NCBI GenBank assembly: GCA_963708135.1
Contig: OY970192.1
Coordinates: 4,512,001 to 4,576,000 of the forward strand
DNA length: 64,000 nucleotides
DNA from: an uncultured Gemmatimonadales bacterium
GTDB lineage: Bacteria; Gemmatimonadota; Gemmatimonadetes; Longimicrobiales; RSA9
Reading direction: 5' to 3'
Part shown: positions 51,939-62,387 of the stretch, piece by piece
Numbering within the stretch: the stretch's first letter is position 1
Layout of the letters: every line of letters starts with the position of its first letter
The notes under the pieces: generated by a model
Seen by the model: the letters and a program-made list of their open reading frames with translations, nothing else
What the model was told of the DNA's origin: nothing
Databases searched by the model: none
Position numbers and translations under genes: made by a program

Positions 51939-53413
51939 CCGTGCGCCGCGCGGACCGCCCGCTGCAGCGTCGCGTCGCCGCGCTCGATCGGGAGCTGGAT
52001 GTGGAACGTCGAGCCATCGTGTGGGCGGCTCTCCACGTAGATCCGGCCGCCGTGCGCCTCCACGATCTCCTTCGCGATGCTCAGCCCCAGCCCGGCCCCC
52101 TTGGCGCGCGCCTCCGAGCCAACCTGGTAGTAGCGGTCGAAGATATGCGCCTGCTGGTCCTCCGGGATCCCGATCCCCGTATCCGCGACCGAGATGTGGA
52201 GCATGCCATCTTCCGGCGCGGCGGCCAGCCGGATCCGCCCCCCCTCCCCAGTAAACTTGAACGCGTTCGAGAGCAGGTTGCCGAGCAGCTGGTCCCGCAC
52301 CCGCTCCGCGTCGAGCATCATCGTTCGCGGCGTCGCCTCGTCGAGCGCCACCGAGAAGTCGATCCCCTTCTGGCGCGCGAGCGCCGTGAACGCCCGCTCG
52401 ACGGACCCGACCAGCCCGCGCAAGTCCACCGGCTCCAGCTCCATCTGGAGACCGCCCGCCTCCAGTCGGCTCATGTCCAGGAGCTGGTTGACCAGCCGCG
52501 TGAGCACCTGCGTCTGCTCCTGCACCGCCGCGAGCACCTCCTGCTGGCGCTCCGGGACGTCACCGTACACGCCGTCCGAAAGTAGCTCCGCGTAGCCGCC
52601 GATCACGTTGATCGGCGTCTTCAGCTCGTGCGTGGCAATGCTGATGAATTCGGCCTTCAGCCGGTCCAGCTCCGCCAGCCGCTGGGTCATCGCGCGGAAC
52701 GAGCGCGAGAGGTCGCCGATCTCATCGCTGCGCCCGTAGGGCAGGTGAGGCGGCACCACGAGCTCGCCCCCCGCCACCGCCGCCGTGGCCCGCCGCAGCT
52801 GCCGCAGCGGTGTGGTGTAGGCGCCGGTCGTCCAGATCCCCAGGAGCAGCGCGATCACCAGCGCCAGCGCCACCCCGCCCAGCGTCGTGGTCGTCGCCGC
52901 GCCACTGATTCGCTGCGCGGCGATCAGGTCCTGCTGGCTGCGCGCGTCGATGGAGCGCGCCGTCGCATCCAGTGAGCGCTGCAGCGCCGGGATGAGCGGC
53001 TTCACCTGCTCGTAAAGGTTGGTGGCCGCCTGGGCCTGGCCCGACTCGATGTAGCCCTGCACGATCCGCGCGGCCCGCTCGAGCGAGTCGAGCGCGACGC
53101 GCGTCGGCTGCACCGCCTCGGCGTAGCGCTGCGACAGCCGCGCGAGCTGGACGCGTGCGTCGTGCAGCGAGCCCTGCACGCCCGCCCGGAGGTCGGGCCC
53201 GCCGGTCGCGATGTAGCTGCGCTCGTAGCGGTCCAGCTCGGCCAGGCTGGTCTGGAGCCTTCCCAGCGCGAGCAGCGCCGCCGCCTGCCGGACGTGCAGG
53301 TCCTCCGCGATCCCACGCAGCCGTGCCAGCCGCGAGACGCCGTACAGGGCCGGCAGCACGAGGAGCAGCATGATCGCGCAGATGGACAGCGCCAGCCGCG
53401 TGCGAACGGTCAT
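51935..53413 (-). CDS. Membrane sensor histidine kinase (periplasmic helical sensor, HAMP, HisKA, HATPase)
   Basis: Two TM helices, HAMP DEIGDLSRSF, H-box THELKTP, NLLSNAFKFT, DTGIGI and GAGLGL. Confidence 0.93.
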   Translation of the reverse strand: MTVRTRLALSICAIMLLLVLPALYGVSRLARLRGIAEDLHVRQAAALLALGRLQTSLAELDRYERSYIATGGPDLRAGVQGSLHDARVQLARLSQRYAEAVQPTRVALDSLERAARIVQGYIESGQAQAATNLYEQVKPLIPALQRSLDATARSIDARSQQDLIAAQRISGAATTTTLGGVALALVIALLLGIWTTGAYTTPLRQLRRATAAVAGGELVVPPHLPYGRSDEIGDLSRSFRAMTQRLAELDRLKAEFISIATHELKTPINVIGGYAELLSDGVYGDVPERQQEVLAAVQEQTQVLTRLVNQLLDMSRLEAGGLQMELEPVDLRGLVGSVERAFTALARQKGIDFSVALDEATPRTMMLDAERVRDQLLGNLLSNAFKFTGEGGRIRLAAAPEDGMLHISVADTGIGIPEDQQAHIFDRYYQVGSEARAKGAGLGLSIAKEIVEAHGGRIYVESRPHDGSTFHIQLPIERGDATLQRAVRAAHG

Positions 53414-53462
53414 CTCAACGTGTCTTTCCCGGATGGAGCGCCGGCCGCCGTCGTGACGCCGC

Positions 53463-54098
53463 TCACGGACGCAGGGTGCGGCGGATGCGCTGGATCTCCT
53501 CGGTCTTCTCCGCCAGCTGCCGGTCCTTCTCGGCCAGCGCGTCGTCGAGCTGATGCACCCGCGCCTGGAGCGTGTCGCGCTCCGCCTGCAGCCGGGCCAG
53601 GCGGACGGTGATCGGCTCCCCCGGCAGTCGAGGCAGCGCGCGGTCCACCCGCGCCAGGGTCCGCTGCGCCGCCCCCGCCTCCGCACGGGCGCTGTCCGCC
53701 TGCGCCTGCGCGCTGTCCGCGCGCGCCGTCACGGCGCCCAGCTCCAGCGCCATGAGATACAAGGTACTCGCCGCCGGCGCCACCCAACGCTCCTCCGTCC
53801 GCAGCCGGAGATACCCCCCCGCCAGCCGCGCGCCCTCATCCATCCGCCGCTGCGGGTTGCGCGGATCGAGCTCCGCGGCGGCGAGCGCGAGAAGCGCGTG
53901 CCGTCCGTCCTCGTCGTCCGGCGAGGCCTGGTAGGCGGCGGTGAGCTGCCGGGCCGCGCGGCCATAATCCGCCGTGTCGAGCGCGCCGAGTCCGGCCTGC
54001 AGGTGGTTCTCCGCGTCCCCGCCCTGTGCGAGATGGAGGACGGAGCACGCCGCGAGGCCGGACGTGCACACGGCGAGCAGCAGCGCGTTGCGGTTCAT
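53463..54098 (-). CDS. Lipoprotein with TPR-like helices and C-terminal coiled coil (QseG/YfhG-like arrangement)
   Basis: Lipobox LAAC; C-terminal heptads ending EEIQRIRRTLRP; directly upstream of the kinase; AGGAG RBS. Confidence 0.72.
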   Translation of the reverse strand: MNRNALLLAVCTSGLAACSVLHLAQGGDAENHLQAGLGALDTADYGRAARQLTAAYQASPDDEDGRHALLALAAAELDPRNPQRRMDEGARLAGGYLRLRTEERWVAPAASTLYLMALELGAVTARADSAQAQADSARAEAGAAQRTLARVDRALPRLPGEPITVRLARLQAERDTLQARVHQLDDALAEKDRQLAEKTEEIQRIRRTLRP

Positions 54099-54205
54099 GG
54101 GATGGCTCCTTCGTCGGGATCTTGGCTCCCCGCGGCGTCCGTGCGAGGCCGGGGATGCAAGCCTCGCGCCCGGGGGCGCCCGGTGTCCGCGCCGCCTGCG
54201 CGGGT

Positions 54206-54222
54206 CCGGCACACTGTCTGCA
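54206..54222 (+). promoter_or_regulatory. Candidate sigma54 promoter of the gvp operon
   Basis: CCGGCACACTGTCTGCA (GGCAC...TGCA, GG-N10-GC), about 125 bp upstream of the first gvp gene. Confidence 0.45.
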
Positions 54223-54345
54223 TGCGCCCCGCCGTGCCCCCCGCGTCTCCCCGGACCGGGCGCGACTCGGTCGCGGCCCGTGCGGTGGCATTCGTGTAAC
54301 TCCATATTGCGCGTGATGGGACGCTCCCCCAACCCGGACAGAACC

Positions 54346-55179
54346 ATGTCGAGCGAATCTCCGCGGGTCTCCTCCGCGCCCGAGCTCGAGACTGTGCCGC
54401 AGCCGGACGCGGCCGGCTCGGAGGAGGGCAAGTACGTCTACTGCGTCATCAAGAGCGCCGACAGCCGGGAGTTCGGGCCGATCGGCATCGGGGAGGGCGG
54501 CAACCGGGTCTACACCGTGCACCACCAGGATCTCGCGGCGGTCGTCAGCGACACGCCGATCCGCATCTACGACCCCACCCGCGAGAACGTGCTCGCGCAC
54601 GAGCTGGTGAACGAGAGCGTGATGCGCGAGTTCACCGTCATCCCGATGTCCTTCGGCACTATTTTCAGGACCAAGGACGACATTGTCGAGCTGCTGAAGT
54701 CGACCTACCGCGCCTTCGACGATGTGCTCGAGAAGATGCGCGACAAGATCGAGTTCGGCCTGAAGGTGCTCTGGGACCGGGAGAAGGTCGTTGCCCGCCT
54801 CGAGGAGGACGACGAGGAGATCCGCCGCCTCAAGCAGGAGATCACCGGCAACGCCCAGAGCTCGACCTACTTCGCCCGGATGCAGCTCGGCCGCCTCATC
54901 GAGAGCGCGCTCGAGCACACGGCCAACGTCTACGTCGTCGATATCCACGAGTCGCTCAAGCCGGTCGCCGTCGCCAGCCGATCCAACAAGCCGATCGGCG
55001 ACCGCATGATCATGAACGCCGCCTATCTCGTCGAGCGCTCCCGCGAGCACGACTTCGATGAGGCCGTCAAGGCGCTCAGCCGGAAATACGAGGAGCTGCT
55101 CTCCTTCAAGTACACCGGTCCCTGGCCGCCCTACAACTTCGTCAACATCAAGCTCCGCCTGGAGCGGGCGGACGCCTGA
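54346..55179 (+). CDS. gvpF: Gas vesicle protein GvpF/GvpL family
   Basis: YVYCVI, DLAAVVSD, LAHELV, TVIPMSFGTIF, EFGLKVLW, NAAYLV and YTGPWPPYNFV. Confidence 0.9.
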   Translation: MSSESPRVSSAPELETVPQPDAAGSEEGKYVYCVIKSADSREFGPIGIGEGGNRVYTVHHQDLAAVVSDTPIRIYDPTRENVLAHELVNESVMREFTVIPMSFGTIFRTKDDIVELLKSTYRAFDDVLEKMRDKIEFGLKVLWDREKVVARLEEDDEEIRRLKQEITGNAQSSTYFARMQLGRLIESALEHTANVYVVDIHESLKPVAVASRSNKPIGDRMIMNAAYLVERSREHDFDEAVKALSRKYEELLSFKYTGPWPPYNFVNIKLRLERADA

Positions 55180-55182
55180 GCC

Positions 55183-55593
55183 GTGGGGCTCCTCAAGCAC
55201 CTGCTCCTCTGGCCCGTGACGGGGCCTCTCTTCCTGACCGAGTTCTCGCTCGGCAAGGTGCAGGGCGTCGTGCGCCAGGAGCTCACCGATGACTCCGCCG
55301 TCAAGGCGGAGCTCCTCGAGCTGCAGCTCCAGCTCGAGCTCGGCGACATCGACGACGAGGAGTACCTCCGCCGCGAGGCCGCGCTCATGCGCCGGTTCCG
55401 CGAGATCCGCGAGTGGCGCGAGCGCTTCGGCATGGCCGTCGCCGGAGGGCTCGTGGGCGTGGCCGGGTCCGAGACGCCGCCGTCTGGCGACGAGGCGCTG
55501 GAGGAGGAGCGTGTGCCGGAATCCCGCCCCGACGAGCCCGCGGTCGCCGATCCCCACGATGCGACCATCGACGTGAATCTCGACTGGGAATAA
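55183..55593 (+). CDS. gvpG: Gas vesicle protein GvpG
   Basis: LLLWPVTGP...ELTDDSAVKAELLELQLQLELGDIDDEEYLRREAALMRR; follows gvpF. Confidence 0.85.
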   Translation: MGLLKHLLLWPVTGPLFLTEFSLGKVQGVVRQELTDDSAVKAELLELQLQLELGDIDDEEYLRREAALMRRFREIREWRERFGMAVAGGLVGVAGSETPPSGDEALEEERVPESRPDEPAVADPHDATIDVNLDWE

Positions 55594-55596
55594 GCC

Positions 55597-57465
55597 GTGG
55601 CCGACCGCCTCGCCGAGCGGCTCCGCGCGCGCCTCACCTTCGTGGTGGGCAAGGGTGGCGTGGGGAAGACGACGACGGCGTGCGCCCTCGCCCTCGCCTC
55701 CGCCGATGCCGGACGGCGCACTCACCTCGTCTCCACCGATCCCGCCCACTCGCTGGGCGATGTCCTGGATGAGCCGGCCGGCGCCGAGCCGCATCCCAGC
55801 CGCTGCTCGCCCCTGCTCACCCTCGAGGAGCTGGATGCGCCCATCCGCGGCCGTGATTGGCTCGACGCCTGGCGCACACCGCTGGCCGGCCTCCTCGAGC
55901 GTGGGACCTACCTGGACGCCGAGGACGTCGACCGCTTTCTCGAGCGGACCCTGCCCGGCATCGACGAGGTGATCGGCGCGCTCCGGCTGGTGGAGCTCGA
56001 GGCCGGGGATGCCGACCGGATCATCGTGGACACCGCCCCCGCCGGACATACGCTTCGGCTGCTCGATGTGCCCGCGCTGCTCGACGGCTGGGTCGATGCG
56101 CTCCGCGCCATGGCCGACAAGGCCGGGGCCGTCGCCCGCGGCCTGCTCGGCCGCGACGTGGCGGATCCGGCCGCGCCGCTCATCCACGAGCTCGAGCGGG
56201 GAGCCGTCGATCTCCGGGATCGAGTGCTGGCCGACGCCGACTTCGTGATCGTCTCCCGCGCCGAGCCGACCGTGCGCGCGCAGACCCGGCGGCTGGCCAC
56301 CGCTTTGCGCGCCCGCGGAATCGAGCCCGCCGCGGAGCTGCTGGTCGGGGCGCCGGCCGGTGCGCCGGGCGCGGCCGACGCCGGGCTGGTGCTGCCGGTG
56401 CCATGGCTCGCGGGGCTCCGGGGCTGCGCCGGGGTGCGCCGGTGGCGTTCCGGTCCGGGTGCAGCGCCGGCCGCACAGCCAGCCATCTCCGCGGCCGCGG
56501 AAGACGCCGAGGCCGGCCGGTCAGTCGGGCGGGAAGGGACCGCGCACGGTCGCCGCCGGGCCGCCGATCGCTGGTGCGTGGAGCGCGCGCGGGGGCTCAA
56601 CCTCTTCGCCGGGAAGGGCGGTGTCGGCAAGACGACATGCGCCTGCGCGCTTGCGCTCGCGCTGGCGGAAACGCGCCCCGTGACGCTCTTCAGCGCGGAC
56701 CCGGCGGGCTCGCTGTCCTCGGTCCTCGACGCGGAGATCCCCGAGGGCGGGGCCCGGCTGGGCGAGTTGCGCGTCCACCGGTCCGAGGCAGCCGCGGACC
56801 TCGCCGCGATCAGGGAGGCGCACGGCGCGAAGGTCGAGGAGGCGCTCGGTCGCCTGGGGATCGGCGGCCACGCCGAGCTCGATCGCCGGGTCCTCGAGGC
56901 GCTCTGGGGGCTCGCGCCGCCCGGAATCGACGAGATCGCCGCCCTGTTGGAGATGCTCCGCGCCACCGAGACGGATGCGGTGGTCGTGGTGGACGGCGCC
57001 CCGACCGGGCACTTCCTGCGGCTGCTCGAGATGCCCTCGACGGCTCTCGACTGGTCTCACTCGCTCATGCGCGTGTTCCTGAAATATCGTGTTTCCTACG
57101 GCCTTGACGAGGTGGTCGAGGGGGTGCTAGAGTTTGCGAACCGATTGAAGGATTTGATTTTCCGGCTCGAGGATCCGGCGCGCGCGGCCGCCTGGGTGAT
57201 CACGCTTCCGGAGCCCGTCGTACGGGCGGAGACTTCGCGCCTCACGCGCGCGCTCGCCCGCTCCGGCGTGCCGATCGCCGCCATCGTGACGAATCGGGCC
57301 GAAGCCGGCCCGCCCGGGCGCGGACGCCGAGGGTCCCGCGAGCGCCAGGCGGACGGTTCCCCGATTCCCGAGGTTCCCCGCCTGTTCGCCCCCGCCCTCG
57401 TGAAGCCGCCGGTCGGCCCGGACGCATTGCTCGCCTTCATCCACCGCTGGGAGCTCCAGGCTTGA
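55597..57465 (+). CDS. Tandem-domain ArsA/Get3-family (SIMIBI) ATPase
   Basis: Two KGGVGKTT deviant Walker A motifs; switch I STDPAHSL and SADPAGSL; two PGIDE motifs; switch II DTAPAGHT and DGAPTGHF. Confidence 0.92.
   Translation: MADRLAERLRARLTFVVGKGGVGKTTTACALALASADAGRRTHLVSTDPAHSLGDVLDEPAGAEPHPSRCSPLLTLEELDAPIRGRDWLDAWRTPLAGLLERGTYLDAEDVDRFLERTLPGIDEVIGALRLVELEAGDADRIIVDTAPAGHTLRLLDVPALLDGWVDALRAMADKAGAVARGLLGRDVADPAAPLIHELERGAVDLRDRVLADADFVIVSRAEPTVRAQTRRLATALRARGIEPAAELLVGAPAGAPGAADAGLVLPVPWLAGLRGCAGVRRWRSGPGAAPAAQPAISAAAEDAEAGRSVGREGTAHGRRRAADRWCVERARGLNLFAGKGGVGKTTCACALALALAETRPVTLFSADPAGSLSSVLDAEIPEGGARLGELRVHRSEAAADLAAIREAHGAKVEEALGRLGIGGHAELDRRVLEALWGLAPPGIDEIAALLEMLRATETDAVVVVDGAPTGHFLRLLEMPSTALDWSHSLMRVFLKYRVSYGLDEVVEGVLEFANRLKDLIFRLEDPARAAAWVITLPEPVVRAETSRLTRALARSGVPIAAIVTNRAEAGPPGRGRRGSRERQADGSPIPEVPRLFAPALVKPPVGPDALLAFIHRWELQA
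57104..57133 (+). promoter_or_regulatory. Candidate internal sigma70 promoter inside the ATPase gene
   Basis: TTGACG-18 bp-TAGAGT with an extended TGn, inside a locally AT-rich, rare-codon patch. Confidence 0.5.
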
Positions 57466-58262
57466 GCCAGACCATCTACCTTTACGGCTTCGTGCCCGTG
57501 GGGACCCGGCTCCCCGAGCCGGGCCTCGCCGGGATCGCCGATCGGCCGGTCGAGCTCCTGGCCGTGGATGGCTGCGCCGCGGCGTTCAGCCGCGTCCCGG
57601 CGGAGGACTACGCCCCCGAGGAGGTGGAGGCGCGCGCCCGCGAGTTGAGGTGGGTCGCGGAACAGGGAGTCGCCCACGAGCGCGTCGTCGCCTGGTTCGT
57701 GGATCACGCCCGTATCCTGCCGGCGCCGCTGCTCACGCTCTACTCCTCCACGCCCGCGCTCGAGGCGCGGCTGCGGGAGCGGGAGAGCGAGATCGTGGCG
57801 CAGCTCGAGCGCTTCGCGGGGCTGAGGGAATGGGACCTGAAGGTGGCCTACGACGCGGCGATCCTCGAGCGGCACCTGGGCGACGCCTCCGAGGAGATCG
57901 CCGCCATCGACGAGCGCATCTCCACGGCCACGGCGGGGACCCGCTTCCTGCTCGAGCGGCAGCGGGCGGAGCGGGTGGGGGAGGAGCTCGGCAGGGCGGC
58001 GCGGCGGCTCGCCTCCGAGTTGTTCGATTCCCTCGCCCGCAACGCGGCGGAGGTGCGGGTCCTTCCGCTCGAACGTTCCGCCGGCGAGCTGCCGGTCGTC
58101 CTCGCCGCGGCGCTGCTCGTCGCCTCCCCCGCCGAGGAGGCGCTCGTACGCGAGGCGCGCCGGCGGGCGCAGGCGCTCGAGGCGCTCGGCGTCGATGTCG
58201 CCTTCTCGGGGCCCTGGGCACCGTACCGCTTCCTCGAAGCGGCGGAGGGCGCGGCCGGGTGA
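57462..58262 (+). CDS. gvpL: Gas vesicle protein GvpL/GvpF family (second copy)
   Basis: IYLYGFV, AHERVV, EWDLKV and FSGPWAPYRF. TTG start overlaps the ATPase stop. Confidence 0.85.
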   Translation: MSQTIYLYGFVPVGTRLPEPGLAGIADRPVELLAVDGCAAAFSRVPAEDYAPEEVEARARELRWVAEQGVAHERVVAWFVDHARILPAPLLTLYSSTPALEARLRERESEIVAQLERFAGLREWDLKVAYDAAILERHLGDASEEIAAIDERISTATAGTRFLLERQRAERVGEELGRAARRLASELFDSLARNAAEVRVLPLERSAGELPVVLAAALLVASPAEEALVREARRRAQALEALGVDVAFSGPWAPYRFLEAAEGAAG

Positions 58263-58460
58263 GCGCCGGGCACGAGGTCTCGGAGGAGCTCCGACTGGTG
58301 GAGCTCGTCAGCCGCGTGCTCGACCGCGGCGTCGTCGTCTCCGGCAATGTCGTGATCAGCGTGGCAGGCGTGGATCTCGTCTATCTCGGGCTCGAGCTCG
58401 ATGCTGACCTCGGTCGAGACCATGCGACGATACGGGTCCCCCCGTGGCGGGGAGCTCTGA
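58259..58460 (+). pseudogene. GvpA-family minor protein (GvpS/GvpJ/GvpM-like) with a +1 frameshift
   Basis: LVELVSRVLDRGVVVSGNVVISVAGVDLVYLGLEL, then an extra base near 58400. Removing it gives MLTSVETMRRYGSPRGGEL*. Confidence 0.8.
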
Positions 58461-59145
58461 CCGCGTGTGGTATGCCTACTGCATCGTGGCGCCGGAATGC
58501 CGGCCACCTGAGGATCTAGCGGGGATCGGCGGTGGCATGGTCGAGGCGCGCGGCCTCGGCCCCTTCGGCTGCTGGCTCTCGCCCCTCGATGCGGTTCCCA
58601 CGCCGAGCATCGACGCGGTCCGCCGGCACAATGACATCGTCGAGCACGCAATGGCAGCCGGAGATACGCCGCTGCCGCTCCGCTTCGGCCAGTGCTTCGG
58701 CTCGCTCGAGGCGCTCGATGCGGCGTTCGACGAGAGAGAGGAGCGCCTTTCGGCCGCCCTCGCGGCCGTGGCCGGCTGCGCCGAGTACGGCATCCAGGTC
58801 CTCGACCCGGCGCGCGAGCGCATCCCGGCCGCGTCCGCCGCCGCGCCGGCGGGCAGCGGCCGCGAGTATCTGCGCATGCTGGCCGTCCGCCAGGCGGCGG
58901 AGCGGGCGATCGATTCGCGGGGACGCGAGCTGGCGGCGGAAATCCGTGCGCAAGTGGGTGCCGCCGTTGAGGGTGAACGCATCGAAGCGCTCCAGACGAC
59001 GCACGGCATCGTGCGACTGGTCCATTTGGTGCATCACGACGCCGGAGGGCGGTACCTTGAAGGGTTGGATGTGGTCCGTGCTCGCCTGCCCGAGCTTCGA
59101 TTCCTGGTCAGCGGCCCGTGGCCGCCCTACTCCTTCGCCGGATGA
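58444..59145 (+). CDS. Gas vesicle protein GvpL/GvpF family (third copy)
   Basis: WYAYCIV, HNDIV, PLPLRFGQ, EYGIQV and VSGPWPPYSFA. Confidence 0.85.
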   Translation: MAGSSDRVWYAYCIVAPECRPPEDLAGIGGGMVEARGLGPFGCWLSPLDAVPTPSIDAVRRHNDIVEHAMAAGDTPLPLRFGQCFGSLEALDAAFDEREERLSAALAAVAGCAEYGIQVLDPARERIPAASAAAPAGSGREYLRMLAVRQAAERAIDSRGRELAAEIRAQVGAAVEGERIEALQTTHGIVRLVHLVHHDAGGRYLEGLDVVRARLPELRFLVSGPWPPYSFAG

Positions 59146-59516
59146 GTGACGGAGCACAGGCGCCGGAGCGGCGGGCGCCAGGGTCTGCCCGGCTGGACGC
59201 GGACGACCCCGAGCTCTTCGCGGCGGAGCTGAGCGAGCTGGCGCCGTCGCTTCCGGCACGGATCGATGCGACCCGCGACACGATCGACAGCGGCCTCGCC
59301 AAGCTGGTGCTGACGCTGATCGAGTTCATCCGTCAGATCCTCGAGCACCAGGCCGTGCGGCGGATGGAGGGCGGCTCGCTTTCCGACGAGGAGGTCGAGC
59401 GGCTTGGACTGGCGCTCATGCGCCTGCAGGAGCGGCTGGAAGAGGTCAAGGCGACCTTCGGGTTGAGCGGCGAGGATCTCAACATCGATCTCGGCCCGCT
59501 CGGACGACTCCTTTAG
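59142..59516 (+). CDS. gvpK: Gas vesicle protein GvpK
   Basis: GLAKLVLTLIEFIRQILEHQAVRRMEGGSLSDEEVERLGLALM...DLNIDLGPLGRLL; ATGA overlap. Confidence 0.93.
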   Translation: MSDGAQAPERRAPGSARLDADDPELFAAELSELAPSLPARIDATRDTIDSGLAKLVLTLIEFIRQILEHQAVRRMEGGSLSDEEVERLGLALMRLQERLEEVKATFGLSGEDLNIDLGPLGRLL

Positions 59517-59530
59517 ACGGGGGCACGCGC

Positions 59531-59842
59531 TTGGCTGAACGATACGAGTTGGGCCCGCACCGCTCGCAGGGGCTGGTGGACATCCTCGACCGGATCCTGG
59601 ACAAGGGACTGGTGATCGCGGGCGACATCAAGGTCAATCTGGCGAACGTCGAGTTGCTGACGATCCAGATCCGACTTCTCGTGTGCTCGGTGGACAAGGC
59701 GGATCAGATCGGGCTGAACTGGTGGCGCACCGATCCCGCGCTGAGCGCGCGACCCGATATCGACCGTCTCGACTCGATCGGCGAGAAGCTCGATCGACTG
59801 GAGAGGCGGCTGGCCGCGATCGAGCGTGGTTCCATTGACTAG
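59531..59842 (+). CDS. gvpJ: Gas vesicle protein GvpJ (GvpA family)
   Basis: [53 protein letters not shown]. Confidence 0.88.
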   Translation: MAERYELGPHRSQGLVDILDRILDKGLVIAGDIKVNLANVELLTIQIRLLVCSVDKADQIGLNWWRTDPALSARPDIDRLDSIGEKLDRLERRLAAIERGSID

Positions 59843-59874
59843 CAGAGCTCCACTCCCCGAACCGGAGATGGTTT

Positions 59875-60171
59875 ATGGCCGTTGAAAGGGCACCGGCTGG
59901 AAACAGTCTGATCGATGTTCTCGACCGGGTACTCGACAAGGGGATCGTGATCGATGCCTACGTTCGCGTCTCGCTGGTCGGCATCGACCTGGTGAGCGTG
60001 GAGGCCCGGATCGTGGTGGCGTCGGTGGAGACCTACCTCCGCTACGCCGAGGCGATCGGCCAGACGGGGGTCGCATCGCGGCCGCTCATGACGTCCGGCG
60101 CGACCTCGGACCTGGAGCGCGTGATGGCGGAGAACGTCGAGCTCAGGAAGAGGCTGGAAGAGCTGGGCTAG
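59875..60171 (+). CDS. gvpA: Gas vesicle major shell protein GvpA
   Basis: [59 protein letters not shown]. Confidence 0.93.
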   Translation: MAVERAPAGNSLIDVLDRVLDKGIVIDAYVRVSLVGIDLVSVEARIVVASVETYLRYAEAIGQTGVASRPLMTSGATSDLERVMAENVELRKRLEELG

Positions 60172-60172
60172 C

Positions 60173-62341
<2,169 letters not shown>

Positions 62342-62387
62342 CGCGCGCGGCGCTCGATACTCCGCGGCTACCGTGCCACCCCCGACC

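Noticed and set aside
55597..57465. Arsenic-resistance arsA annotation
   Set aside because: No ars genes nearby, the metalloid-binding Cys motif is not evident, PGIDE motifs are Get3-like, and the gene is embedded in a gvp operon.
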